Below, one piece after another: positions 49,908 to 60,362 of a stretch of 64,000 bases of DNA (positions are counted from its first letter, which is position 1; every line of letters begins with the position of its first letter). Below the pieces are notes generated by a model. That model was not told the origin of the DNA and did no database searches. It saw nothing but the letters and a program-made list of their open reading frames with translations. Source of the DNA: an uncultured cyanobacterium (GTDB lineage: Bacteria; Cyanobacteriota; Cyanobacteriia; Phormidesmidales; Phormidesmidaceae); assembly GCA_963793265.1 (NCBI GenBank), contig CAWBZI010000003.1:1-64000 (forward strand), in the 5' to 3' direction. A program made the translations under genes and the position numbers.

Positions 49908-50936
49908 TTAGAAACGCGCCATCCAAAGCAAACCAACTGTGCCCATAGCCAGCCCAATTAAGAAACTCCATCGCGTTAGTCTAAGCGCTTCAGCGACAAC
50001 AGCTTCAGTAATCTCTCGCCTCGCTTCGCCTAAGTAGGGCTTTATTTTTAGTTTACCTTGATATGTGTTCGCCCCACCTAGCCGTACGCCTAATGCAGCG
50101 GCATAGGCGCATTCGCTCCACCCAGCGTTAGGACTAGGATCGGCGCTTGCATCTCGCCAGCACAGGCGTAGCACGTAGAGCGGTTTGCCTGAGATCAGCG
50201 CAATAGTCAGGACGCTAAGGCGGCAGGGTAGCCAGGTCAGCACGTCTTCAAACTGGGCGCTAAACCAGCCCAAATGCGTGTAAGGAGCCTCGCGGTAGCC
50301 CACCATAGAATCAAGCGTACTGGCGGCTTTGTAGGCGATCGCAACCCCCACACCCAAAAAAGGAATCCCCCAGTTCGTCCCCACAAACGCCCCCAGCAGC
50401 GCATAAAACAAAGGAGCCAGCACACCATCGATCCCGTTTTCGCTCACGGTTTCTAGCACAGCTCGATTGATCTCATCGGCGTCTAGCGCCTCAGTATCGC
50501 GCCCTACGTACATCGCCAGCTTCGAGCGGGCCGTTTTTAAATCGCGATCGCCTAGTGGCCTCAGCACATCCTCAGCCGCCCGCCGCAGGCTCCGCCCAGC
50601 AAAACAGCTTGCTAGCAGCACCACCGCCGCCGCTCGACTTGCCCAGAGCGATACTAGGCTCAACAGCCATAGCCCGCTCCAGCTCAGCACGCCACTGCCC
50701 ACTATCAGCAGGCCAGCTAGCCCAACGCCACCAATTTTCACTGCCCAATCAGACATCTGCCGCGATAGTATCCACTGGCTGTAGGCGCTAATCACCTTGC
50801 CCATCGCCTGCACTGGATGCGGCCAGCCCCAGGGATCGCCCACCCCAAAATCTAGCAGGGCGGCAGCGAGCAAAATAATAATCTCAGACGCTTTAGCCCA
50901 CTCAAGCTGGTCAAACCACAAAACTTGCGCCCTCAC
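49908..50936 (-). CDS. cbiB: Adenosylcobinamide-phosphate synthase
   Basis: GDPWGWPHPV, VGRDT, ETVSEN..DGVLAPLFY, YKAASTLDSMVGY and SPNAGW.E motifs. Confidence 0.95.
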   Translation of the reverse strand: MRAQVLWFDQLEWAKASEIIILLAAALLDFGVGDPWGWPHPVQAMGKVISAYSQWILSRQMSDWAVKIGGVGLAGLLIVGSGVLSWSGLWLLSLVSLWASRAAAVVLLASCFAGRSLRRAAEDVLRPLGDRDLKTARSKLAMYVGRDTEALDADEINRAVLETVSENGIDGVLAPLFYALLGAFVGTNWGIPFLGVGVAIAYKAASTLDSMVGYREAPYTHLGWFSAQFEDVLTWLPCRLSVLTIALISGKPLYVLRLCWRDASADPSPNAGWSECAYAAALGVRLGGANTYQGKLKIKPYLGEARREITEAVVAEALRLTRWSFLIGLAMGTVGLLWMARF

Positions 50937-51360
50937 CCTGAGCCGCCTGCCAGCTCCGCGCGTCGTAGTACAGATCTTCTAGCGTAATGCTGTAAAAGGC
51001 TTCTTTTAGCTTTTGGTGCAGCCGCTGCCACAGCATCGAGGTCACCCAGTCTTCGGCCTGGCCTTCAGCAATACCTACGCCATTGGCCAGCGCGTTCGTC
51101 GATTCCCCCACGGCTTCTAAGATTTGGCCGAGCGAAATTTGGCCGGGCGGCTTCGCTAGCCTGTAGCCGCCGTGTGCGCCTCTCACTGAGCTGACCAGGT
51201 GCGATCGCCGCAGTTCAATCAGCAGCTTTTCTAGATAGGGCGCAGGCAAATTCTGCCTCTGCGAAATGGCGCTTACCGAAGAGACGTTACCGGCTGGCTG
51301 AAGGCTTAAATCCAGTAGCGCTTTAACACTGTAATGACCACGAGTCGTAAGTTTCATCAC
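50911..51360 (-). CDS. Rrf2 family transcriptional regulator (no Cys)
   Basis: MKLTTRGHYSVKALLDL, YLEKLL and SVRGAHGGY motifs. Confidence 0.93.
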   Translation of the reverse strand: MMKLTTRGHYSVKALLDLSLQPAGNVSSVSAISQRQNLPAPYLEKLLIELRRSHLVSSVRGAHGGYRLAKPPGQISLGQILEAVGESTNALANGVGIAEGQAEDWVTSMLWQRLHQKLKEAFYSITLEDLYYDARSWQAAQGEGASFVV

Positions 51361-51839
51361 TAGATTCTCTCTCTATAAGCCCGTTCTATAGTCCTTTTAA
51401 AGGGTCGGTTCGGAAGGCCGCTGAAGACGCACTTGTCCGTTGTTGCGAACTCATCTAATAGCGTGCATCAATTGCAATAAAACGAATGTTGCTGCAAACG
51501 TTTTCACTATCAAATCTAACTCTTTAAGGTAAAAAATAAGTCTATTGCGATAACAGTTCAAAGATATTTTATGCTTAGTAATGTCAGCGAATCAAATGTT
51601 TTTCGCTGATGGCTATAGGGGTTTTTTTGAGGTTGTTTACTACAGTTTGGAAGTATGCTTTTATAGTAAAGCCTAAAACTTGTGAACAGCTTTGAATATA
51701 AGAGGCGAATGCACAGAATGTATTCGCAAACGCATACGCCATTTTGTATACCTCTGATTTGCACAAAGACTATATAAGTGAATCGTATTGGTTGCGTTCT
51801 ATTATTGGTATCTGCTGTTTAGTCTAGAGAGTTGAGTGA

Positions 51840-52247
51840 ATGGTTAACGACCCAAATACGGACGCCCTCAAGGGCAAAGCGCTGCTCACAAAGGTCAAAG
51901 AGCTAGAGCACCTGAGTAAAGAAGAGAAGGCCAAAACCTGCGGGTACTACACCGTCACTAAAAAGGGCGTTACCCGCGTCAATATGATGAAGTTTCTCAA
52001 GGCGCTGATTGAAGCTGAGGGCATTCAGATTGAAAGCACTCAGGGCGGCAATGGCAGGGGAGGCCGTAGCGCTAGCTATCGCATTACCGTGCAGTCCAAC
52101 GGCAACTTGCTGATCGGCTCTGCCTACACTAAGCAAATGGGCCTCAACCCCGGCGACGAGTTTGAAATTTCACTGGGCCGCAAGCACATTCGTCTCACTC
52201 AGCTAGACAACAGCGGCGAGAGCATGGCAGAAGATGAGGATGAATAG
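51840..52247 (+). CDS. Cyanobacterial AbrB-like regulator (cyAbrB)
   Basis: LKGKALL.KVK, CGYY and GGRSASYRITVQSNGNLLIGSAYTKQMGL.PGDEFEISLGRKHI motifs. Confidence 0.95.
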   Translation: MVNDPNTDALKGKALLTKVKELEHLSKEEKAKTCGYYTVTKKGVTRVNMMKFLKALIEAEGIQIESTQGGNGRGGRSASYRITVQSNGNLLIGSAYTKQMGLNPGDEFEISLGRKHIRLTQLDNSGESMAEDEDE

Positions 52248-52299
52248 GGCTAAATAGGCATGAAAACGAATAGGCCGTAAAGGCTGGAGACGTATTGCG

Positions 52300-53952
52300 A
52301 TGGGCTTGCCGGTTGTTGTAGAAATTGCCATTGGGCTGATTTTCATCTATCTCGCGCTGAGTCTGGTCGCCAGCGAAATTCAAGAAATTATTAGCGCCCT
52401 CTTTCAGTGGCGCGCCGAGCACCTGAAGCGCTCGATTGAACAGCTTTTGGCCGGAGATAGTCTGAGCGGTCGGACGAGCGGACAGCTTCAGGGCAATCGC
52501 GCCAGTAATCGCGCTACCGACCGCGCCACCGACCGCAAAGCTAGCCGTAAAAATGCTCGCCAGAGCGCTAAACAGAACGCCCGAGCTGCCAAAACCTTAG
52601 CCGACGACCTCTACAGCTCGCCGCTGATCGAAAACCTCAACTACGAGGCGCAAGGACGGTTAGCCAGCGGGCTACGGGCTATTTTGCACGGTGTCGGCAC
52701 CCTCTACCGCACCCTCACCTTCAGCCGTAACGTATTTGGTCGCAAAACCAGCGGCCCTTCTTACATTCCCGCCGAAACCTTTGCTACCAGCCTCATTGAC
52801 CGGCTCAAGCTAGCTGACTTTCAGCGGCTGCTAGTGCGATCGCGCTTTCAAGACTTTGTAGAAAATGACGTGCAGCGTCCCCTTCACAACATGGTGCACG
52901 AGCTGCGCGCCCGCTTAGGCCAAGAAGATCTCCTCGCCTCTGAGCTGGCCTACTTTGACGCGGAAAGGCAGCAGATATTAGACGACTTGAGCAACCGGCG
53001 GATTACCCTAGAAGCCGCCCTAGAACGACTTTCTCTGGCGCTAGAAACGTTTGAAGCGATGACTACAGACATGCCGCTCTCGCCCGACTCACAGGCTTCA
53101 GCCGTCGCCAGCTCTTTTGCCAAACGGGTGCGCTACCTGCGTCAGGGCTTAGATGGCAGCAGCCAAAAGATAGAGGCGCTACTGGTCAGAATTAGACCTA
53201 GCTTGAGTGATTTGACCGCGCTACTCGATCCAAACAGTGCAACCTACGCTGAGCTGGTCGCAGTGGCTCAGCGCGAGGGCGGGGCCGTATGGGAATCGCT
53301 GCAAAAGCTTCAGCAGGCCGTGATTCCGCCTCGATTAAGAGAGAGCATGGCGACGCTGGGCGATAGAGCTGAGCGGCGTGTGAAGACCAGGGGGGCGGAG
53401 TTGCAGCAGCTACAGACCGAAGTAGAAGAGTGGTTTAATCGCGGGATGGATCGCGCTAGCGGTGTGTATCGGCGCAATGTGAAAGGGGTGGGCCTGATGA
53501 TTGGCTTTGCGATCGCCTTCATGCTCAACGCCGATACCTTTTACATGTTTAACCGGCTCAGCACCGATCAGGCCATTCGCAACAGCATTATTCAAACAGT
53601 CGATCAGCTAGAGGTGCGCAGCCTTGAAAATGCCGAGGCGCTTTCACGAGAGCTGCAAATTGATGGGCTCTCTGAGGAGCTGCGTGAAGAATTGCAGGGC
53701 GACTTACGTTCGGTCGGGACAGCCGTAGAAAATGCGCTGGCGGCCTATCCGCTCCCGATTGGGCGATCGCCTGAAATTTTTAGAGCGCAGCAAAGGGCAG
53801 AGGCCAACTGGCCAATTCCCTACCTGCCTCAGCGGCTGTTCGGCTGGGCGGTTACCGGGTTAGCGCTATCAATGGGCGCAAGCTTCTGGTTTGATCTGCT
53901 GCGCAAGGTGACTTCAGCGAGAGCATCTGGCGATCGGCCTAGTAAGGCTTAG
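52300..53952 (+). CDS. Conserved hypothetical membrane protein
   Basis: N-terminal TM (IAIGLIFIYLALSL), WFNRGMDRASGVYRR, and C-terminal GWAVTGLALSMGASFWFDLL. Confidence 0.75.
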   Translation: MGLPVVVEIAIGLIFIYLALSLVASEIQEIISALFQWRAEHLKRSIEQLLAGDSLSGRTSGQLQGNRASNRATDRATDRKASRKNARQSAKQNARAAKTLADDLYSSPLIENLNYEAQGRLASGLRAILHGVGTLYRTLTFSRNVFGRKTSGPSYIPAETFATSLIDRLKLADFQRLLVRSRFQDFVENDVQRPLHNMVHELRARLGQEDLLASELAYFDAERQQILDDLSNRRITLEAALERLSLALETFEAMTTDMPLSPDSQASAVASSFAKRVRYLRQGLDGSSQKIEALLVRIRPSLSDLTALLDPNSATYAELVAVAQREGGAVWESLQKLQQAVIPPRLRESMATLGDRAERRVKTRGAELQQLQTEVEEWFNRGMDRASGVYRRNVKGVGLMIGFAIAFMLNADTFYMFNRLSTDQAIRNSIIQTVDQLEVRSLENAEALSRELQIDGLSEELREELQGDLRSVGTAVENALAAYPLPIGRSPEIFRAQQRAEANWPIPYLPQRLFGWAVTGLALSMGASFWFDLLRKVTSARASGDRPSKA

Positions 53953-53968
53953 CCCCGTTTGCTAGCGC

Positions 53969-55477
53969 TCAGATTAAAGGCTGACGATCAACCTCTAGCA
54001 GCCACACAATAAAAGCGCTGCCAGGGCCTACGTCAGCCTGACTATCTTCAACAATCGCCGGTAGCCAGGGCGTGCCCACAGCAGGGCTTACCACTTCGAT
54101 AAAGCCCTGCATCTCCTTGACCAAAGATTGCGCGATCGCTAGCCCCAACCCCGTCCCTGGAATATCACTCGCCGCCTGTACCCCCCGATAGTTGCGCTCA
54201 AACAGCCGTCCCTGGTCGGTCGCTGGAATCCCTGGGCCAGTATCGCCCACTACAATCCCCTGATAGTGACCGCCCTCATCGGCCCGGCTCACCCCCGTTT
54301 GCACCCATACCTGAGCCCCTGACGGCGAATACTTAATCGCATTGTCCACCAGATTGCTCACCACCTCACCTAGCGCCTCTTCCTCTCCCCACACCGAGGG
54401 CGTATCCGAAGTCACCTGTGCGTGCAGATCAACGCCTTTTTCAGCGGCCACAATGCCAGAAACCGCTAGCACAGGCTCGACAATATCAGGGATGTACTGG
54501 GCAGTTAACGTTAGGACATGACCCAGTTCAGCGCCTTGATGGTTCGCAGGCTCCTCCGTATTGTCTGCATTTCCAGAAAGTAAAGGCTGCGGCGATCGCG
54601 AGCCTGTCAATAGCTGGCCCGGCGATAGAATTCTAGACTGCACCGCCGCTGCTGTTTGCGCGGTTTCAGCCCGCAAGTCGGCATCTCCAATTGCGATCGC
54701 CTCGTCAAAGTGCGTCACCAGCTCCCGCAGCCGCTTATTTTCACGCACGATGCCCGTTGCAATCGGCTGATTGGTATCTTCTACATCTAGTCGCTTCACC
54801 AGCAGTTGCCCAAATGTAGACACCGCCGTCAGCGGATTGCGAAACTGATGCAGCAAATTGTGAAAAATCTCTGACTGACGGCTCTGAAGTCCGCGCTTAT
54901 GCGCAAGCTGACTTTGCAACCACTGATTGCGCCGCTCTAGCACGCAGCCACCCGCAAGCGACTGCGCCACCGTCTCCACATGCCTGCGCTCCTCACTCTC
55001 CCAAGCGCGATCCGGGCGAACGGCCACCAGCAGGCCCACCACCACATCGGTATACATCAGCGGCATCACGAGCTGCTGTTCGGGCTGCAAAATATCGGGC
55101 CACTCAAACTCAGCTTCAGCCACCGACTCCGAGTCCGCACTAGCCGAACGATCCACGGGCGCTTGTACGGGCTCAGGCAAACCAACCGACTCCGCATCTA
55201 GATCAGCAGCGTCGCCAGGAAGCGCTAGCTGAGGGCTCACGCCCGAAGATCGATGAGTCGATCCGCTTGACCAGGGTGTGGCCCGCTCAAAATTGGCTAC
55301 CCAGCTCTCGACCGGCTCGGGATAGCTTACGACTGGCACAAAGCTAGACTGCTCGTTGCCCTGGGCGAGCACGTCTGCAATATATAGCGCCGCCGAAGAC
55401 GTGGCTAACCGCTGAGTCAACAGCCTAAGCTGAGTCCGACAGAGTGATATAAATTCAGGACTTGCGATCGCTGTCAT
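53969..55477 (-). CDS. hik2: GAF-domain sensor histidine kinase, Hik2-like
   Basis: ASPEFISLCRTQL N-terminus, H-box LLHQFRNPLTA, NLVDNAIKYS, DTGPGIP and GTGLGLAI. Confidence 0.8.
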   Translation of the reverse strand: MTAIASPEFISLCRTQLRLLTQRLATSSAALYIADVLAQGNEQSSFVPVVSYPEPVESWVANFERATPWSSGSTHRSSGVSPQLALPGDAADLDAESVGLPEPVQAPVDRSASADSESVAEAEFEWPDILQPEQQLVMPLMYTDVVVGLLVAVRPDRAWESEERRHVETVAQSLAGGCVLERRNQWLQSQLAHKRGLQSRQSEIFHNLLHQFRNPLTAVSTFGQLLVKRLDVEDTNQPIATGIVRENKRLRELVTHFDEAIAIGDADLRAETAQTAAAVQSRILSPGQLLTGSRSPQPLLSGNADNTEEPANHQGAELGHVLTLTAQYIPDIVEPVLAVSGIVAAEKGVDLHAQVTSDTPSVWGEEEALGEVVSNLVDNAIKYSPSGAQVWVQTGVSRADEGGHYQGIVVGDTGPGIPATDQGRLFERNYRGVQAASDIPGTGLGLAIAQSLVKEMQGFIEVVSPAVGTPWLPAIVEDSQADVGPGSAFIVWLLEVDRQPLI

Positions 55478-55802
55478 AAAAAAGCGGCGTTGAGCGCCAT
55501 AAGAGCATCAGACGAGCAGCAGGCAACAAGCTTGAGCGAAGACCTCCACGCTTATTGTTAAGTTTGTTACAAGTTTTATAGCAGCTCGGCTGTTCATTTT
55601 AAGAACATTCTGCAAGTAAAGCCGCTACAAAGCTAGTAAATTCAAGGAGAAACCGCAATAACACGGAAACGCAAATGAATGTTTAAGCCAACTTGAAATT
55701 TTAAGTCGTACCTGCTATATTTTGCAAGGTCTGGGCCTGATTGTAGTCATTGCTACATCTGAGCTTTTGACAATTGGCTAAACGGTACAAGAGGTAGAAA
55801 AC

Positions 55803-56114
55803 TTGGCACGCAGACGTAAGCGCAAAAGTCGTCGTCGGTTAGAAGGGCGTCGCATCTTAGAGGCAGTGCCTCAGTTCAGCATCGAGAGCGGTGAAGAAAA
55901 GCCTGTGACGGCTGCTCGTAATTACATTCACGCTCAAGGCATTTGTCCGCCTGCTCTACTGTTAGTAAAGCGAAACGAACACACGACCGATCGCTATTTT
56001 TGGGCTGAAAAAGGTCTATTTGGCGCTCAGTATGTTGAAGAGAACCACTTTTTGTTCCCTAGCCTCCGTCTTCTTATGACTGAAGAAGAAGAGGAGCTAG
56101 CGGTTTCAAGCTAG
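55803..56114 (+). CDS. DUF3155 family protein
   Basis: MARRRKRKSRRR.EGRRILE...RNEHTTDRYFWAEKGLFGAQY; TTG start with AGAGG RBS. Confidence 0.88.
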   Translation: MARRRKRKSRRRLEGRRILEAVPQFSIESGEEKPVTAARNYIHAQGICPPALLLVKRNEHTTDRYFWAEKGLFGAQYVEENHFLFPSLRLLMTEEEEELAVSS

Positions 56115-56147
56115 TCGTTCTCCAAATCCATCAGAACTCATCTAAAT

Positions 56148-56198
56148 AGGAAGGGGCTAGACGTGCTTATTAGGAGTACTTAGCGCCTTCCTTTTTTT
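56148..56198 (+). terminator. Intrinsic terminator
   Basis: AGGAAGG...CCTTCCT stem followed by a T run, between convergent genes. Confidence 0.65.
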
Positions 56199-56211
56199 GG
56201 TCTGTTTATCT

Positions 56212-56871
56212 CTAAGCCAGCTTCTTTAGCCCGGCCCAATCTCTCACATCAGCTTGCGCAAAAGTATTCTCCAAATCAGCCAGCTCATCTCGATGCCCTT
56301 TCACAGTCAGCTTCGAGAGCAGGCTTTCATCGCCCTCAGCGGCAGACTCACCTGCAACCATCGGCTCTACTTTAAACACAATCGTCTCCGGGCGATTGGA
56401 CTTGCGCCAGTAGAATACGCCCGCTAAAGGTGAAGCTGCGACTAGCCCCAACAGCCACCCGCCCCAGCTCGGAAACAGCGTGGCGACCACCAGCGATAGG
56501 CAGGTAAAGCCAACGGCGGCAAGCACCGACAAAAACACGGCCATGAAAACGCTGGGGCTGACCATGCCCGTGAGCGTAGTGCCGTTGATGATTGTTGGGC
56601 CGGGGGTATTGTCGGGCACGCGATCGCTTGGCTTATAGGCGCGGCTATAAAAATACTTCATCACCGCCTGCTGCAACGTATCGGCCTTTTGCACAGAGCC
56701 GAGCTGCACCACCTCAATGCGGTCTTTGGTAGAGGCGCGAATAAAAAAGACCAGACCAATCACCATCAGGCTCGTCAAAATCAGCGTAGACGTGCGGGCT
56801 GGATCGTTAAAGAACAAAGCGTTTGTACCTTGATTACATGCTGAGAATAAACAACAGTTTACCAGTTCCAC
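56212..56871 (-). CDS. ccb1: Cofactor assembly of complex C subunit B (CCB1, DUF3529)
   Basis: STLILT.LM.IGL.FFIRASTKDR, SPLAGVFYW and GHRDEL motifs. The true start is probably downstream of the track start. Confidence 0.88.
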   Translation of the reverse strand: MELVNCCLFSACNQGTNALFFNDPARTSTLILTSLMVIGLVFFIRASTKDRIEVVQLGSVQKADTLQQAVMKYFYSRAYKPSDRVPDNTPGPTIINGTTLTGMVSPSVFMAVFLSVLAAVGFTCLSLVVATLFPSWGGWLLGLVAASPLAGVFYWRKSNRPETIVFKVEPMVAGESAAEGDESLLSKLTVKGHRDELADLENTFAQADVRDWAGLKKLA

Positions 56872-56879
56872 AAAAAAAC

Positions 56880-56926
56880 AGAGAAAAGACCACAGACGAC
56901 AAGGAGGGCTGTCATCTGCGGTCTTC
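56880..56926. repeat. Imperfect inverted repeat between pex and ccb1
   Basis: AGACCACAGACGACA...TGTCATCTGCGGTCT. Confidence 0.5.
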
Positions 56927-56998
56927 TATCAACGGAGCTTTTTTGGGTGTATCTATATCTGTTTGAAAGACCTACTCAAAAGCGAAAAGCGCTGCTTG

Positions 56999-57466
56999 CT
57001 AGGAACCAGCAAACTTCATTTCAGCGGCCACAGCTAGCGCCTGAGTCGCCACGACATGTTGAGCGACAGCAGTCTGAGGAATGGGCTGAGCATTCACCTT
57101 TTGAGGCGTCTGCTGGCGACTGCGCTGCTGGCCTACCATGTAGCGCTGCCACAGGTCGGCTAGCTCGCGGGCTTTCATCTGCCAGTCAGGGCGCAGGCGA
57201 TACATCCGACGCGGACGACCTCGGCCTTCGACCTTTTTCCAGTAGCCCATAATCGACGCCTGGTTCTCTAAAAACTTCAGGGCGCTATAGAGCACAGTAT
57301 CTGAAAGGCGATAGTGGGGATAGTCTTGCTCGATGGCGTGGATCAGTTCGGTGCCATAAGAGTCGTGGCGGGTCAGAACTGACAGAACGTAGCAGACGGC
57401 CAGCTCTTTGTTGAGATACACCGGGGGGGGATCTTCAAAGAACTGATAGATATCTTCAAACTTCAT
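56999..57466 (-). CDS. pex: PadR-family circadian period extender Pex
   Basis: EDIYQFF..PPP.YL.KELAVCYVL, SYGTELI, RLSDTVLY.AL.FLE and GRGRPRRMY motifs. Confidence 0.88.
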   Translation of the reverse strand: MKFEDIYQFFEDPPPVYLNKELAVCYVLSVLTRHDSYGTELIHAIEQDYPHYRLSDTVLYSALKFLENQASIMGYWKKVEGRGRPRRMYRLRPDWQMKARELADLWQRYMVGQQRSRQQTPQKVNAQPIPQTAVAQHVVATQALAVAAEMKFAGS

Positions 57467-57793
57467 AGGAAGCTCCGATAGCGGGCTAGGTAGCAGCTTG
57501 TAGAAGTCAACACGCCCTACATAGCTTTCTATTTTTTAGTTAATAGAAGACAGAAGAGGTGCTAAAACTGCTGATTCATTTTAGCCACTAAATAATAGAT
57601 TTACTTAATTTTTGCGAAAGCGGTAACTATCCGCAAGGTTTCGTCAGACTTAGGCAAAGATCGACGGTTCAGGCACCATTTTTGTCACAAAGCAGGAGCG
57701 ATCGCTTCTCACTTTGTTGTGTTTCGTCACTAATTAATCAAGCTATGTTGCTAACTATTTCAAATCGTTTCAAACAGCACTCGCTCAACCGAT

Positions 57794-59278
57794 TTATTGA
57801 GAGCTATCGCGAGTGCGGAAGAGGACTCGGCCATCTTGAACGGCAGCCAGATCGAGGTAGACAGGGCCGGTGGTGAGGATAGGCTGGCTAGCGATCGCCC
57901 GAATCTCAAGCGGCTGACCGTAGCTTTGCACCCGGCTCAAAAAATCCAGAACCGGCTCAGAAAGACCGTTGGCAATAATCGGCTGATAGCGAATGATGCC
58001 GTTGCGACGGGCCTGAAACTCAGCCGTGGCTCTCAGCAGCGTAAAGCGCTCAATCAAGGCTTCGTTACTTACATTAGCGGTAACGGGCGCGGCCGCTAGT
58101 ATCTCCCCAGGCTGAAAGCGAACCTCGTTGACGGCTGCGTCAATATTCACCTGCAAGCAGGGCTCAGTGTCCTGCGTAACCGAAGCATTCACGCAGGGCT
58201 CACCAACGATGTAATTAGCTGCCGAAGAGACTCTAATTACATAGTTTTGCTCGTCGGGAATGGCATTTATAATCTGTTCGACTGTCTCCTCGTCAAAGCG
58301 AATAACTACCTTGTCAGTGCTGTCGATACCCGGTAGAACAGTCTGCGCGGCAGTTTGGTTGGCGGTTACTAAAGCTTCTTCTACAGCCCTGCGCGCAGCC
58401 GCTGATGAATTAACGCGAGCAATAGTCAGCGCCAGCGTTTCATTGCGGCCTAGTGCCACGTTACCTAAGCGCAATCCTTGAAACTCAGCTTCTAGACTTT
58501 TAATTTCTTCGGTGAGGAAAGCCTGTTGGGTTTGCAAATCAGCTAGGCGGCTTTCACGCTCAGCAATTTCCCGATCACGCTGGGCGATTTGCTCGTCACG
58601 CTGGGCAATTTGGCTGTCGCGCTCGCTCAGCTCAGCGGCGCTTCTGGCAAGTTCTTCAGCCCTTTCGGCAAGCTGTTGATCACGGTCAGAAAGCTGCGCG
58701 TTACGCTGTGAAATTTGCTCGTCGCGCTGGGCAATTTGGTTAAGCACTTTCGCCTGCTCATCTAATAAATTCTGCCGCTCCGTGCGCAGCCCGTTGATTT
58801 CGTCGCGCAGCCCTACCGCCTGTTCGGAAACGCTGCCTAGCTGCGACTGGGTTTCCATTAGTCGGCCTAGCGTTTCTTCTTCGCGGGCGATCGCAGTCTG
58901 CAAAGAGTCATTGATCTCTAGCAGCCGAGACTGCGCTTCTTTTTGCAGCTCGGTAGATTCTTGTAGCGTGCTTTCCACCTCGTCTTTCTCAGCCTGAGTC
59001 GATTCTAAATCAGCCTGAGCTAGCGCGAGTTCTTCTTGAATATCATCAATTTGAAACAGCCCTTTGCGCAGTTGGCTATCGAGCGCGATCAGCAGCATTA
59101 GGGTAGAGAAGGAAGCGACGACGCCTGTAAAAACGCTGACTAATGTGGCGGTTTGCCGGGGCCGCAGGTTGAACAGGCTGAGGCGAGATTTTCCCACCTT
59201 CATACCAATGCGATCGCCCACCGTGGCGATCGCACCGCCGAGGCAAGCCACCGCAAAGATTAGTACAAATCCTGTCAT
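57794..59278 (-). CDS. DUF3084 domain coiled-coil membrane protein
   Basis: LGGAIATVGDRIGMKVGK.RLSLFNLRPRQTA motif; heptad QRDEQIA repeats; usual neighbour of ntcA. Confidence 0.88.
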   Translation of the reverse strand: MTGFVLIFAVACLGGAIATVGDRIGMKVGKSRLSLFNLRPRQTATLVSVFTGVVASFSTLMLLIALDSQLRKGLFQIDDIQEELALAQADLESTQAEKDEVESTLQESTELQKEAQSRLLEINDSLQTAIAREEETLGRLMETQSQLGSVSEQAVGLRDEINGLRTERQNLLDEQAKVLNQIAQRDEQISQRNAQLSDRDQQLAERAEELARSAAELSERDSQIAQRDEQIAQRDREIAERESRLADLQTQQAFLTEEIKSLEAEFQGLRLGNVALGRNETLALTIARVNSSAAARRAVEEALVTANQTAAQTVLPGIDSTDKVVIRFDEETVEQIINAIPDEQNYVIRVSSAANYIVGEPCVNASVTQDTEPCLQVNIDAAVNEVRFQPGEILAAAPVTANVSNEALIERFTLLRATAEFQARRNGIIRYQPIIANGLSEPVLDFLSRVQSYGQPLEIRAIASQPILTTGPVYLDLAAVQDGRVLFRTRDSSQ

Positions 59279-59415
59279 CCGTCGCCGAGCACTTGCAGAT
59301 TCTTTAACTACGCATTCCTAGCTACGTAATAGCACGGCCTACGACCATACCATAGCAAGATGTCGGGATAGAGGGCTGCAATGCCCCAACTATCAGCAGG
59401 CACAATCGGCTCGGC

Positions 59416-60090
59416 TTATGTGAACTGCTGTGAGAGCGTCACCGGATCGTGAACCGTAATCTTCTTTTTATGAATCGAGATCATGTCTTTTTCACGCAGA
59501 TCGCCTAGCAGCCGAGTGACGGTAACGCGCGTAGATCCAATAGCTTCTGCGATCGCCTGATGAGAAAGCTTCAAATCCACCGTGATCCCCGAGCTACCGG
59601 GCACCCCAAAGTCGCGACACAAAATCAGCAAAAAGCTCACCAGCCGCGAGCCCATATCGCGGTGGGCCAGCGTCTCAATCATCATCTCAGTCTGCAAAAT
59701 TCGCGAAGACAAGCCCCGCAGCATCAGCGCCGAAAGCCCTGGATTCTCCATCAGCGCCTGATTTACCTGATCGCCCTGTAGCGAAAGCAATTCTACCGGG
59801 GTAAAGGCCACCGCATGATAAAACCGATCGGACTTCTCGCCTGTTAGCAGCGAGAGCACGCCAAACACGCTATTTTCGCGCAGCAGCGCCACCGTAATTT
59901 CTTCACCCGCCTCGTACACCCGCGACAGCTTCACCGCGCCCTTCGTTAAAAAATAGATACGCTCTGCCGGGTCACCCGGAAAAAAGATGGTCTTATTGCG
60001 TTCATAAGACTCGACAACCGGCGGTAGCCCCCCACCCGCTAACGCGCGAAACAGCTCGGACATAGGCTTGTTAGGAATTGTCGAAACCAT
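59416..60090 (-). CDS. ntcA: Global nitrogen regulator NtcA
   Basis: [52 protein letters not shown] and [22 protein letters not shown]. Confidence 0.98.
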   Translation of the reverse strand: MVSTIPNKPMSELFRALAGGGLPPVVESYERNKTIFFPGDPAERIYFLTKGAVKLSRVYEAGEEITVALLRENSVFGVLSLLTGEKSDRFYHAVAFTPVELLSLQGDQVNQALMENPGLSALMLRGLSSRILQTEMMIETLAHRDMGSRLVSFLLILCRDFGVPGSSGITVDLKLSHQAIAEAIGSTRVTVTRLLGDLREKDMISIHKKKITVHDPVTLSQQFT

Positions 60091-60189
60091 ACTTGAGAAC
60101 CGAAGGGGTGAAGCGTAGGGGATCTGGATTGTTATGGGATGCTAACGCATCGCTGATACCACTAAAGCTCATCAGCCAAGATACGTTTT

Positions 60190-60203
60190 GTATCGTCCCA
60201 TAC
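60190..60203. promoter_or_regulatory. NtcA box upstream of ntcA
   Basis: GTA-TCGTCCCA-TAC (GTA-N8-TAC) 100 bp upstream of the ntcA start; no clean TAN3T seen at the canonical distance. Confidence 0.65.
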
Positions 60204-60362
60204 CAAATAGACCCCGATTTTCTCATAAATCGGGGTTTCGCGACACTTTTATCAGTACTTTCGTATTGACAGGTACTTAGAACACGGACAGGGGGCTATC
60301 GTGAATTCACCGTTTTTCAGTATGCTCCTAAGGCGCATCCAAACTGTTTAGACGAAAGATTC

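Noticed and set aside
50911..51360. Rrf2 regulator lacking Fe-S cysteines
   Set aside because: Cys-less Rrf2 proteins are a normal cyanobacterial subfamily.
55553..55580. HLR1/RpaB-like direct repeats between hik2 and DUF3155
   Set aside because: Half-sites are degenerate and spaced 9 bp rather than 10 bp.
58555..58745. 21-bp periodic repeats in the DUF3084 gene
   Set aside because: They encode ordinary coiled-coil heptads (QRDEQIA).
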